A DNA stretch of 43,130 bases from a virus (Duplodnaviria; Caudoviricetes), in the IMG/VR virus record IMGVR_UViG_3300037313_000786, positions 1-43,130 of that record; one strand, 5' to 3'. Positions 26,328 through 34,532 of this stretch are shown in pieces; the stretch's first letter is position 1; the number at the start of each line of letters is the position of its first letter. A program made the translations under genes and the position numbers. Below the pieces are notes generated by a model that made no database searches, had not been told where the DNA came from, and saw only the letters and a program-made list of their open reading frames with translations.

Positions 26328-27841
26328 GCGGCCTTCACCAGCGAAAAGTTCGGATCATCCCACGGGGAGACGGGAACGACTTCCTGCATCATCGCCTCCA
26401 CCCCTTCCGCCATTGCCAATGCAACCAGTCCGTCAATCCGGCCCGTCGCTTTCGCCTTGTCGAGCTTCCTGTTTCCGGCTGGGTCTGAAACCGCCACCGC
26501 ATTTGCCGCGCACATCGCCAGCACCGGATGCCCGCCGTGCCGAACGCATTCCTTCAGCAAGTCAGCCTCCAGCGCATCCAACGCAGGGCTCATGCTCATG
26601 TAACCCTGCCCGAACGGCTCCAGCGGCAGCTCGACGCCTTGCCGCGCAAGCGCCTGCTGCATCCGGTCCATCCGCCAGCGGTCGAACCCTATCTTGGCGA
26701 TCGATAGACCGGAGCAGATGTCCCCAATGTCCCGCGCCACGTAATCGTAATCGATGACCTTGCCGGGCGTAGTGCGTAAAAGCCCGTCCCGAACCCAAAC
26801 GTCGTAAGGAGCCTTGTCCCTTCGGCTTGCCTCGGAGACAGAATCGAGCGGCATCCAGAAGAACGGTCGAACGTGAACCATGCCGTTTTTACGACATGTG
26901 AGAACAAGCGCTGTAAGGTCAGTTGTCGCAGAGAGGTCGAGCCCGCCATAGACCACTCCATCAAGCTCTCCGGGCGCACCGTTGCCGGCCTTCCACACGC
27001 CCGGAGACACGAACGCAGCGACCATGTTGACGCGCTGATTGAGCGTCAGGACGCGGAACGTATTCTCCGCGCTCGGCATTCGCTTTGCCTGCGCCGCCTG
27101 CTCCTCAACGTCCCTGCGCGACCGAAACAGTCCCAATGCAGGGTTCGCAGCCTTCCACGCTTCCTCATCGTCCAGCGCGCAATCGTCAGGAGCCGCATAA
27201 ACGTGACTGACGATGCTTGGGTCTCCCGACCGCTCGGCGTCGTCCAGCCAGATCGAAAACAGGTCCGCGTCGGTCGGAGCCTGCGTCGAGATCGCAATCA
27301 GCAGGGGCTTGTCGTGCGCGCCCTGCGACGTTGTAATCGCGTCGATGAAATCGTCCTGCGGGCCTTTGACCTGCCCGACTTCATCGAGGATCGCCAGGAC
27401 CGGGCTCAGGCCGTGGGCCGTCGTCCCGTCCGCCGCCAGAGCCTTGTATTCCGTGTTCATCGGAAGGCCGATCAGGCGCTTGCCCGATGGCACGATCCGC
27501 ACCAGCTTCCGCAGCTCAAGCGAAAGCTCGATCATCTTGCTTGCCAGCGCGAACACAAGCGCCGCCTGATCCCTTGACCGAGCGCCCGAAACCAGCTGCG
27601 AGTTCAACACCGCTTCCGGCCCGACCAAATGGGCCAGGAGCAGGCAGGCGATCAGAGCCGACTTGCCGTTCTTTCGTGCAATCGCGAGGTATGCCCGCCG
27701 CGTTCCAGCAGGGTTGTCGTATATCTCGCGAATGAACCGCTGCTGGAACTCGGCAAGCTGGATCGGCTGTCCGACCTTCGCTCCCTCGGGTATCCTGCAG
27801 TATCGGTGAATGAAGGCGATTACCTTCTCGCCACGAGTCAT
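26324..27841 (-). CDS. terL: Terminase large subunit
   Basis: ARKNGKS Walker A, ILDE Walker B, GLDLS and RIDG motifs. Confidence 0.95.
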   Translation of the reverse strand: MTRGEKVIAFIHRYCRIPEGAKVGQPIQLAEFQQRFIREIYDNPAGTRRAYLAIARKNGKSALIACLLLAHLVGPEAVLNSQLVSGARSRDQAALVFALASKMIELSLELRKLVRIVPSGKRLIGLPMNTEYKALAADGTTAHGLSPVLAILDEVGQVKGPQDDFIDAITTSQGAHDKPLLIAISTQAPTDADLFSIWLDDAERSGDPSIVSHVYAAPDDCALDDEEAWKAANPALGLFRSRRDVEEQAAQAKRMPSAENTFRVLTLNQRVNMVAAFVSPGVWKAGNGAPGELDGVVYGGLDLSATTDLTALVLTCRKNGMVHVRPFFWMPLDSVSEASRRDKAPYDVWVRDGLLRTTPGKVIDYDYVARDIGDICSGLSIAKIGFDRWRMDRMQQALARQGVELPLEPFGQGYMSMSPALDALEADLLKECVRHGGHPVLAMCAANAVAVSDPAGNRKLDKAKATGRIDGLVALAMAEGVEAMMQEVVPVSPWDDPNFSLVKAA

Positions 27842-28296
27842 CAGTGCGGACGGGCTAGAAGCTCGTCATCCAGTTGCGTTTCGAGCGCCCTCCCCATGTC
27901 GCGCCGCTTCGCATCATTGCGCGAATCTCCACTTCGCGCGCGGGCGTGAAGGGCGAGGGAGCGGCGCAGGCTCAAAATGTCCCCCGTGAGAGACTTGACC
28001 GCGCGGGCACGCGGATTCTCAACGCTCGTGCCGTTCTCCCTTACGGAGATATACCCTTCCGTCCGGAGGGTTTGCTGCTCCCTCGCCAAATCTGCCATCG
28101 TGCGAGCAAGCATCGCCGCCAGCTCAAGCTGGTGCTCGGTCCATTCGGCGCGGGCGAACTCGGCAACCACGTTGCGCCAGTGCGGCCAGTCGCAATCGTC
28201 CAGAACCATATGATCCGGCGGCTGCAAATCGATCGCCGCAGCCTGGATAATGCGAACGGCCTCAGATGGACTGGTAATCGGAGAACGCTTTCCCAT
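27841..28296 (-). CDS. terS: Terminase small subunit (P27-like)
   Basis: Position; EG....NP...L.L..R motif. Confidence 0.85.
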   Translation of the reverse strand: MGKRSPITSPSEAVRIIQAAAIDLQPPDHMVLDDCDWPHWRNVVAEFARAEWTEHQLELAAMLARTMADLAREQQTLRTEGYISVRENGTSVENPRARAVKSLTGDILSLRRSLALHARARSGDSRNDAKRRDMGRALETQLDDELLARPH

Positions 28297-28319
28297 GCCT
28301 CACCTGACGAAATTGGGTT

Positions 28320-28395
28320 TGGTTATTTTTTTCGACTGCGCAACCGCTGTCCGGCATGGTCATGTTAGAGATTTGACCCGCCCCTCCCCTCATCG
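28320..28395. other. Probable cos packaging region
   Basis: Between HNH and terS with a G-rich GGGGAGGGGCGGGTC run; cut site not located. Confidence 0.45.
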
Positions 28396-28577
28396 AAGAG
28401 GTTAAGCCGCTTACCGCTGTAGTCTGTCACGATGAAGCAGTGGCGAGCGATCCAGCATGATGCGGCCTGAATGTCTTTGATAATACCTATTCTGCCGAGC
28501 ACGACTATCGCTAGAGCGGCGGGGTAGAAGTACCAGCGCTTGCGGATGCTAATGCTGAGAGTCAGGCTATCGGCCAT
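28365..28577 (-). CDS. Small hydrophobic hypothetical protein
   Basis: MADSLTLSISIRKRW...; overlaps the HNH end. Confidence 0.45.
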   Translation of the reverse strand: MADSLTLSISIRKRWYFYPAALAIVVLGRIGIIKDIQAASCWIARHCFIVTDYSGKRLNLFDEGRGGSNL

Positions 28578-28843
28578 CCATCCGCTCCGATCTCTGGCTT
28601 GATCCTGTATCCCAAGTCCTTTGCCGTCTTTGCCTCGTGGTGAGTGCGGCATAGTCCCTGCGTGTTGTCGTCCGTGTCGGTTCCACCTTTGCTGAGCGGG
28701 ATGATGTGGTCGATCTGGTGTGTGGCGCTGACTATGCCTTGGGCCAGGCACTCTGCGCACAGTGGGTTCAGTGCCCGTCTGCGCTCTAGCACTTGCTGTC
28801 CTCTGCGGCCCTGGATGCGTCCGTGGTTGTTGCGCTTCACCAC
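28562..28843 (-). CDS. Packaging-associated HNH endonuclease
   Basis: PLCAEC, DHIIP..GG...N.QGLC..HH..KT motifs. Confidence 0.9.
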   Translation of the reverse strand: MVKRNNHGRIQGRRGQQVLERRRALNPLCAECLAQGIVSATHQIDHIIPLSKGGTDTDDNTQGLCRTHHEAKTAKDLGYRIKPEIGADGWPIA

Positions 28844-29295
28844 TTGAGCCTGTCCCTGTCATTGTCAGGCGGCATAGGCTCGATCGGCTCAAGGTGGTGA
28901 GCCCATAGCCGTGCGGCCCAGCCGGCAGCTCCGTATGTCTCGCATAGGGGAGACATCCACCATGAACGGTATCGCATGGGAGGCCGCCACCAGATCAACG
29001 GCACCTCCACAATTCATGGAACCCGTTGGAGTCACAGGGGTTATGTCAGCAGTAGGCGGAGGGGAATCTCACCAGAACCTTCCGCGTGCCGAGTGAATTG
29101 GATCGCCGTGAGTAGGTTCGGTGCTGGCTTGCGTCCCCCGCCCCAGCTTTACGAACACGAAAGCGGCGATTTCCCTATTGATCTCCCCGACACAGCCAGA
29201 GCCTGCGCCCAGTGTCCGTGTCTGTGCTTGCGCGCGGATGGTGGTCGGGGAGTCTGCACGCCTCTGTTGCTGCTGTGTTCCGGCGGCGCAGATAC

Positions 29296-29322
29296 GAAAA
29301 CGGCCCGCCGAGGCGAGCCGCT
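29296..29322 (-). terminator. tR'-like terminator
   Basis: GCGGCTCGCC-TC-GGCGGGCCGT followed by TTT, just downstream of the late promoter. Confidence 0.65.
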
Positions 29323-29362
29323 GGAGCTTGGTCGCACCAAGCCTAAATACCATTTCCTGCGC

Positions 29363-29391
29363 ATTGTCGCATAAGTCTAGGCCGCTGTCAA
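29363..29391 (-). promoter_or_regulatory. Late promoter (pR'-like)
   Basis: TTGACA-N17-GACAAT facing the packaging genes. Confidence 0.7.
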
Positions 29392-29589
29392 TAGCCGTTG
29401 CGGCTCCGCAGCGTCAACGCGCATTTCCTCCGTAAGTTCCAATATCGCAAGTGGTGGAATTGCGAGCGATTTCAGCCTGACGTGCGCAGCTTTGGGTGGC
29501 GTTTGCACGATCATCCCTCGGTCATGATTGCATCTCGCGTGCGCCAGCCTCAGATTGTGCAGATGGTCAGTGCCGCCGCGACCCTTGGG
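29377..29589 (-). pseudogene. Truncated HNH endonuclease (C-terminal remnant)
   Basis: PKGRGGTDHLHNLRLAHARCNHDRG without the upstream DH motif. Confidence 0.6.
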
Positions 29590-29590
29590 A

Positions 29591-29851
29591 CTAATGAGAG
29601 TATTCAGGATGCGCGGGCACGGTCCCGTGCAATTCCTCTTCTCCGACGTTCACGTCGATAACATCACCTAAAGGGCTCGGGCCTACGGCCCTTACCTCCT
29701 CCGGCGTAAGCCGCTGGGCAATCGCCTCCGCAGCTAACCGGCTCTGCCGACGCGCCTCGGCGCGGGCGGTGGTCACATGAACAACAGTGTATGCTACGGC
29801 TAGGACTGCCGCCCCAAGGCCTAAAACGAATAGAAACCAAACGTTCTGCAC
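29591..29851 (-). CDS. Single-TM hypothetical protein (cargo)
   Basis: N-terminal hydrophobic helix. Confidence 0.6.
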   Translation of the reverse strand: MQNVWFLFVLGLGAAVLAVAYTVVHVTTARAEARRQSRLAAEAIAQRLTPEEVRAVGPSPLGDVIDVNVGEEELHGTVPAHPEYSH

Positions 29852-30088
29852 TCAGTCCTCCGACTGAATTTGGCCCCTGATATGCCACGCCATCCAAAAG
29901 AGCGCGAGCCCCAATAGAGCGCCGACAACTGTTAACAGGGCCGTAACGGGTTCTATGTGGCCAGTTCGAAGATCGTCATAAACAAGCTTCGTGCAGGCAA
30001 CCAAGAGCCCCATCCCAGCGGTGTCACAAAGCCCAGCGATGGCTTTGAACCGCTCATTGTCTCTTACGGTCTCAATATCCTTGGCCAT
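29852..30088 (-). CDS. Two-TM hypothetical protein (cargo)
   Basis: Two hydrophobic helices. Confidence 0.65.
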   Translation of the reverse strand: MAKDIETVRDNERFKAIAGLCDTAGMGLLVACTKLVYDDLRTGHIEPVTALLTVVGALLGLALFWMAWHIRGQIQSED

Positions 30089-30188
30089 GACGGCGATTAT
30101 TAGCGCAGTTGGAATAGCGCCGTTAGTTTCTGAAATGCCGAATCGCTGGGGTGGGTTTTATGTGGTGGGCTTGGACGCTGTTGGCGGC

Positions 30189-30308
30189 CTACTTTTTCGG
30201 CTTGGGCTGGGACTTCTTCCCGGTCTTCATCTGGTCATGCGGCTTGGGCTTCGTGTTCAGCATCCGCCGCAGCACGTCATCCTCTCGCTTTTGATCGGCT
30301 TCTGTCAT
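30189..30308 (-). CDS. Small basic peptide of the type seen beside IS1595 transposases
   Basis: MTEADQKREDDVLRRMLNTKPKPH...KK; association recalled, not searched. Confidence 0.45.
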   Translation of the reverse strand: MTEADQKREDDVLRRMLNTKPKPHDQMKTGKKSQPKPKK

Positions 30309-30322
30309 GGCCTCACCGTATC

Positions 30323-31102
30323 ATGTTTGAACAAGCGAAGCTCAAGCTGGATTGGGCCCAGCACATGCTGAAAGAGCTAGACGGAGGACTCAAGCACTTC
30401 GTGTCGGAACAGCGCTGTGAAGTGCGCGCCGAGCACAACGCCGAAACGAAGGAACTTCGGCTGCGCATTGACGGCGACTTCGCCCCTATTTGGCCTTCGC
30501 TGATCCTGCTCGCGGGCACCTGTGCTCAGACGGTCAATTCCAGCCTGGATTACGTCGCCAGTGAGATCGTGAACGCCGCCCGAGGCACTGACCGACGCAT
30601 CGTCTTTCCGATGGACGTTGATCGTAACCAGCTTGAAGCATCCAAATCCCTCGACACATTGCGCAAGATCAGGGCCGATCTCGCCGCGCACATCCTTGAC
30701 GAGATAAAGCCGACCCAGATGAACAACTTCCCGCTGTGGGGAATCAGGAGTCTCGCAAACACGGACAAGCACCGGAACCTCGTCTTTGCCCTCCACAACC
30801 AAGGGTTCGAACTCGGCTGGGTAAAAACGCCCGGGGTCGAGATGATGGACTTGCGCTTCACCGCGCCCGCCGGGACTCATAACGACGGCTGCTTCACGAT
30901 CCCCGATGTTGAAGAATACCGCGATGCCAAGCCGATTATCCAAATAAGCTTCGCCGAACCCGACCTCCGTCACCCCAATCGCTTTTACCGATTGGAGGCT
31001 CTCGAATTTCTCTCCAATGGCCTTAATGCGGCGGCGGAAGCGATCCGTTCTATCGAGCAATTCCTCACGCCCGAGACCGGCGAGGAAGCTGAGACCGTCT
31101 GA
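30323..31102 (+). CDS. Counter-oriented moron, possibly HEPN-like
   Basis: KL.WA..., SSLDY, FP and LANTDKHR motifs. Confidence 0.7.
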   Translation: MFEQAKLKLDWAQHMLKELDGGLKHFVSEQRCEVRAEHNAETKELRLRIDGDFAPIWPSLILLAGTCAQTVNSSLDYVASEIVNAARGTDRRIVFPMDVDRNQLEASKSLDTLRKIRADLAAHILDEIKPTQMNNFPLWGIRSLANTDKHRNLVFALHNQGFELGWVKTPGVEMMDLRFTAPAGTHNDGCFTIPDVEEYRDAKPIIQISFAEPDLRHPNRFYRLEALEFLSNGLNAAAEAIRSIEQFLTPETGEEAETV

Positions 31103-31142
31103 AACAGACTTCGGCAATTACCCTCCAAGCGTCCGCCTGAAG

Positions 31143-31227
31143 GGCAATCACACACTTTCAAAAGCACCGGCCTGTCACCGCGTAGATTAGAGCCGAATCA
31201 ATGTGCTTTCTCAAGTATATAATTGCC
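31143..31227. mobile_element. MITE-like remnant with IS1595-type ends
   Basis: Imperfect 25-bp inverted repeats GGCAATCACACACTTTCAAAAGCAC / GGCAATTATATACTTGAGAAAGCAC. Confidence 0.55.
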
Positions 31228-31342
31228 CCGAAGCGAGCCGCTGCGTGACGAACGCAATTCCTAGATTTAGCGTATGGTATGCGATAATTCGGCCCGCGTC
31301 AAGTGGGTCGCGGGACCAACGAACGATTATTGTTCAGGTTCC

Positions 31343-31537
31343 CTACTCAACCAGCATCGTGACATTCGGCGCGATCGGGTGCTTGCCAGCAGGAGGCGTG
31401 AACTCCATCCTGTAGAACATGCCCGCAAGCTCATGGTCGAGCGTCTGCTCGGCTCGGCGGCGCAGATCGTGCATGTCGGTTCCCATCATCCACCCGACGA
31501 TCTCACCCTGCTCGTTTTGCTTCACTACACAAATCAT
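31343..31537 (-). CDS. Hypothetical protein
   Basis: ATGA overlap; GGAGG RBS. Confidence 0.6.
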   Translation of the reverse strand: MICVVKQNEQGEIVGWMMGTDMHDLRRRAEQTLDHELAGMFYRMEFTPPAGKHPIAPNVTMLVE

Positions 31538-32184
31538 GCCACAAGCCTCCTCTCATACCGTCCCGGCAAGCTCGCATCGTATAGACAGAACAGCCCACGG
31601 ATCGCAGCTGCCAGCAGCGCATGGTCATTGGCATCGGGAAACCGAACCACCTTCACCGGGCGCTTGCGTTCGATCAGTGCGACACCCACCAGCGACCGCA
31701 CCCACGGGGCCTCTTCTTCACCGCATGGCCATGAGCCCACAACCGGATCGATCAGCAGACTCATCAGGGCAGATCGCTCGAATCCTCGCAGTGCATCGTC
31801 CATCCGGTCGAGCCGTTCGTTATGACGCGGTTCCCGTTCACGGGCCTTGTCCATCCGCTCGTAACCGCCGCCCTTGAACCCCTGCCTGCGGAGAAGGGAC
31901 ACGAACCAGTCGCGCCATTCGCGGCCGATGTTGCGAAGCTCCAATCCGTCGATCGGGTGCCCGTCCAATAATCCCAGAGCGTGGAACTGACCGATCCCGT
32001 CGCATACGTCCTGGTCGATCTCGCCGGCCCGTCCGTCCGGTCCCTTGGTGGGGGAAACGAACGAAAACAGGTTCCTGCGCTCGATGATGTGCATCGGAGG
32101 AGGGGTGAACTTGCCAGGCGGGATCAGGCGGCCGGAATTGTCCCGAGGTCCGTTCTTCCTTGGCCTTCCACGCTTCTTCGCCAT
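31534..32184 (-). CDS. Putative late-gene regulator (Q-like position)
   Basis: Last large early gene before the late promoter; basic KRGRPRK N-terminus. Confidence 0.55.
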   Translation of the reverse strand: MAKKRGRPRKNGPRDNSGRLIPPGKFTPPPMHIIERRNLFSFVSPTKGPDGRAGEIDQDVCDGIGQFHALGLLDGHPIDGLELRNIGREWRDWFVSLLRRQGFKGGGYERMDKAREREPRHNERLDRMDDALRGFERSALMSLLIDPVVGSWPCGEEEAPWVRSLVGVALIERKRPVKVVRFPDANDHALLAAAIRGLFCLYDASLPGRYERRLVA

Positions 32185-32206
32185 TTACACCCTCCCACCC
32201 TCTTGG

Positions 32207-32668
32207 CTATGCTGCTGACACGTCCACCAACTTGCCGTTTCGCATTTCGAGAAACCCGACGCGCAAGCCCACGTCGCGCATCCACTTCGGCATCCGATCA
32301 ATCTCGGATTGCGTGAGCGGCGGTCCAGGCTTGCGCTCTGGCGGCGGTGGCAACGGTGGCCCGCCGATCGCTGTCGGTGCGGGCCGCGATGCCTTGCGCC
32401 GCTCAGACACTAGCCGAGCGATCTCGGGAACGATCTGGTTGTGCCGAGTGACCGTGCGCCGGACTTCCGCGCTCACATGGCGAACCTCGTCGGCGCGAAT
32501 GTCGTCCAGTGCATCCACGGCGGCACGCAGCCACATTTCCTGCTGCTCCGTCGTCATGGATGACGGGGCGACCAGGGCCAGCATTTTCGCCAGCTCAATG
32601 GTGAGCGGACCCTGACCCGAGTATCCTGCCGACTGCTTCTCCGAGTGGATTGGTGTTAGGTCGTTCAT
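32207..32668 (-). CDS. Replication-associated protein
   Basis: Follows the initiator; W...L.D....P.I motif. Confidence 0.55.
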   Translation of the reverse strand: MNDLTPIHSEKQSAGYSGQGPLTIELAKMLALVAPSSMTTEQQEMWLRAAVDALDDIRADEVRHVSAEVRRTVTRHNQIVPEIARLVSERRKASRPAPTAIGGPPLPPPPERKPGPPLTQSEIDRMPKWMRDVGLRVGFLEMRNGKLVDVSAA

Positions 32669-33359
32669 GGCGTTGGTCCCTTGGATCGTAAATCGCGCCC
32701 CATCCCTTTGCGGTGCACAGCTCGATCAGCCGCGGCGGCGGAATCCCCGTCTGGTTGGAGACGCGGGCAAGGTCGTCGTTGAAGGCTTTCCAGGCGGTCG
32801 GCGTGTTGGACAGCCGTTTGCGCTTCCGATTGGCGAGCAGATCGGTCCAAACCTGAAGGCTAACCCCAACCGGCAAAGCCCATGCGCGCGGTGAGGAACC
32901 TTTAGGTTCCGATACTTCTGTCTTTGTCTCTGTTTCTGTCTCTGGTGAGTTACGGCAACGGTCTTGTAACGTTACATCGGCGTTACACACTATTTGCTCA
33001 CCGTTACCTCCAACTCTTTCTTCGCGTTTCCGCTCACGATGCGCAGCGACACGCGCGTTGGATCGGTCAGATTGAAACTGACGGTTGCCCCACTTGACCA
33101 CGCGAGAGTCAGCCACGCGCCCGGCATCGGACAGCGCACACAAAATAGCGTCCACGTCAGATTGATCCGCTCTAAGAAAGTAAGCGACTTCGGCGGCGTC
33201 CAAGTCGTAGCGTCCATCTTCGTCGATCTCCGCAGCGCTTTCCAAAATTGCGCCCCAGACCCAGACGACGCGCTCAATCGTCTGTTTGGAACGAATAGCC
33301 ACGCGAACAAGCTTGTCGTCGCGCATCATGCCCGCGTAATGGCGAAACCATCTGCTCAT
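32595..33359 (-). CDS. Replication initiator (O-like)
   Basis: WFRHY...DDKL, W..RQ..SD, ETETE linker, internal iterons. Confidence 0.75.
   Translation of the reverse strand: MSRWFRHYAGMMRDDKLVRVAIRSKQTIERVVWVWGAILESAAEIDEDGRYDLDAAEVAYFLRADQSDVDAILCALSDAGRVADSRVVKWGNRQFQSDRSNARVAAHRERKREERVGGNGEQIVCNADVTLQDRCRNSPETETETKTEVSEPKGSSPRAWALPVGVSLQVWTDLLANRKRKRLSNTPTAWKAFNDDLARVSNQTGIPPPRLIELCTAKGWGAIYDPRDQRHERPNTNPLGEAVGRILGSGSAHH
32949..33007. repeat. Candidate origin iterons
   Basis: Four GTTAC copies and palindrome TGTAACGTTACA inside the initiator gene. Confidence 0.5.
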
Positions 33360-33423
33360 GAGACGGTTTTACTATGCGGTAATCCCCACACCAAAACATG
33401 AGCCTGTGGATTCGGGGGAAAAG

Positions 33424-33846
33424 TCATGCGGCCACAAGTCCCGCACTTTGAATGGCAGCCAGGAGCATCTTCGAGCCGTTGCGGGCGCGATCCCGCCAAT
33501 CTCCCATAGCTGGCGTTTCGTCGTGCTTCGGCGGCGTGCGGATAGCGATCGGGCGCGAGTTCGCAGCGTTGGAACGGCGTTCCAGCTCCGCTATGAGGTC
33601 GGCGTCGTCGAAGCGGGCAAGGCTTGGCAGAACTTCAGCATCATTCACCGCGACGATACTGCGGTGCTTGCCGGGAATACGCCGAATGAACCCGCGTTCC
33701 TCTAACCGTTCCAGCATGACAAAGACGCTGCCGACGCTCTTGGTTCCGACAGCCGCGCACATCTCGACATAGCTCGGCGAGCTGTCGCACGATGCGATGA
33801 AGCGCCACAGTTTCTCTTGCTTTGGCGTGAGCGGTAGAGTGGCCAT
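33424..33846 (-). CDS. LexA-type winged-HTH protein without peptidase domain
   Basis: LTPKQ...SPSY.EM...LEERGFIRR. Confidence 0.8.
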   Translation of the reverse strand: MATLPLTPKQEKLWRFIASCDSSPSYVEMCAAVGTKSVGSVFVMLERLEERGFIRRIPGKHRSIVAVNDAEVLPSLARFDDADLIAELERRSNAANSRPIAIRTPPKHDETPAMGDWRDRARNGSKMLLAAIQSAGLVAA

Positions 33847-34094
33847 TATTCTTCAATCTCCTCTGCTGTAATGCCGGGAGGCGCTTGTGCCGCGACTTCC
33901 TCGGGAAGCCGCCGACTGCCGTTTTGCTGAATCTTGAACTCCACCAGCAGCTCGTCTGCGCTGGTCCATTGGTTGTGACGGGCCAGGACTTCGAGGTTGA
34001 GGTTGGTGGGCGTGTTGCCGTGCTTCAGCAGCGTGGCGACGAAGTTTTGGAGGCGCGTTGCGCGCGGATGCGGGAGCTGGTCGGTCTGGGCCAT
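33846..34094 (-). CDS. Hypothetical protein
   Basis: Coupled ORF. Confidence 0.65.
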   Translation of the reverse strand: MAQTDQLPHPRATRLQNFVATLLKHGNTPTNLNLEVLARHNQWTSADELLVEFKIQQNGSRRLPEEVAAQAPPGITAEEIEE

Positions 34095-34532
34095 CTATGC
34101 GGCCTCTCGACTGGATTTGGGCGATGCCTTCGGCCCGCTCTGCCGTCCTTCGGACTGAGCCAAATCTTCGTTTGTCTCAGCGCTTCGCGCGGCTGCCGCT
34201 ATCGCAAAGACAACCCGCGCATCCTTGACCGGCTCGGCAAAGTGGTAGCTCGGCAGGAAGCGTCGGTCGTTGACCTTCAATGCGTCCGCAATGCCGTCGA
34301 AATACGGCTTGCAGCGGTTCGGGTAGTTTGTCCTGTCCCCGCGCCTGTCAGGCGGGTAGAACGTCACCACCATGCGTATATCGCCGCCGTCCGGAACCGA
34401 GGCCCCCGCCGCCAGCGTGGCGAGCCGCGCCCATTCGCGGTGCTTCTTCTTGACGGGCTGGAGCTTGCGCCAGTGTGCGTTGTGGTGACCGCTCAACGAT
34501 GCGGGCGGGAAGGGCAGCACGATATCGGTCAT
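34095..34532 (-). CDS. RusA-like Holliday junction resolvase
   Basis: LPFPP, PPDRR.D..N...K...D......NDR motifs. Confidence 0.8.
   Translation of the reverse strand: MTDIVLPFPPASLSGHHNAHWRKLQPVKKKHREWARLATLAAGASVPDGGDIRMVVTFYPPDRRGDRTNYPNRCKPYFDGIADALKVNDRRFLPSYHFAEPVKDARVVFAIAAAARSAETNEDLAQSEGRQSGPKASPKSSREAA
34119..34205 (+). repeat. Dispersed structured element copy E
   Basis: GGGCG...TGAGCCAAATCTTCGTTTGTCTCA...CGCTATCGC; encodes the RusA C-terminal tail. Confidence 0.75.

Noticed and set aside
29102-29171. Hammerhead ribozyme
   Set aside because: GAAA is present but the CUGANGA core and three-stem junction are not
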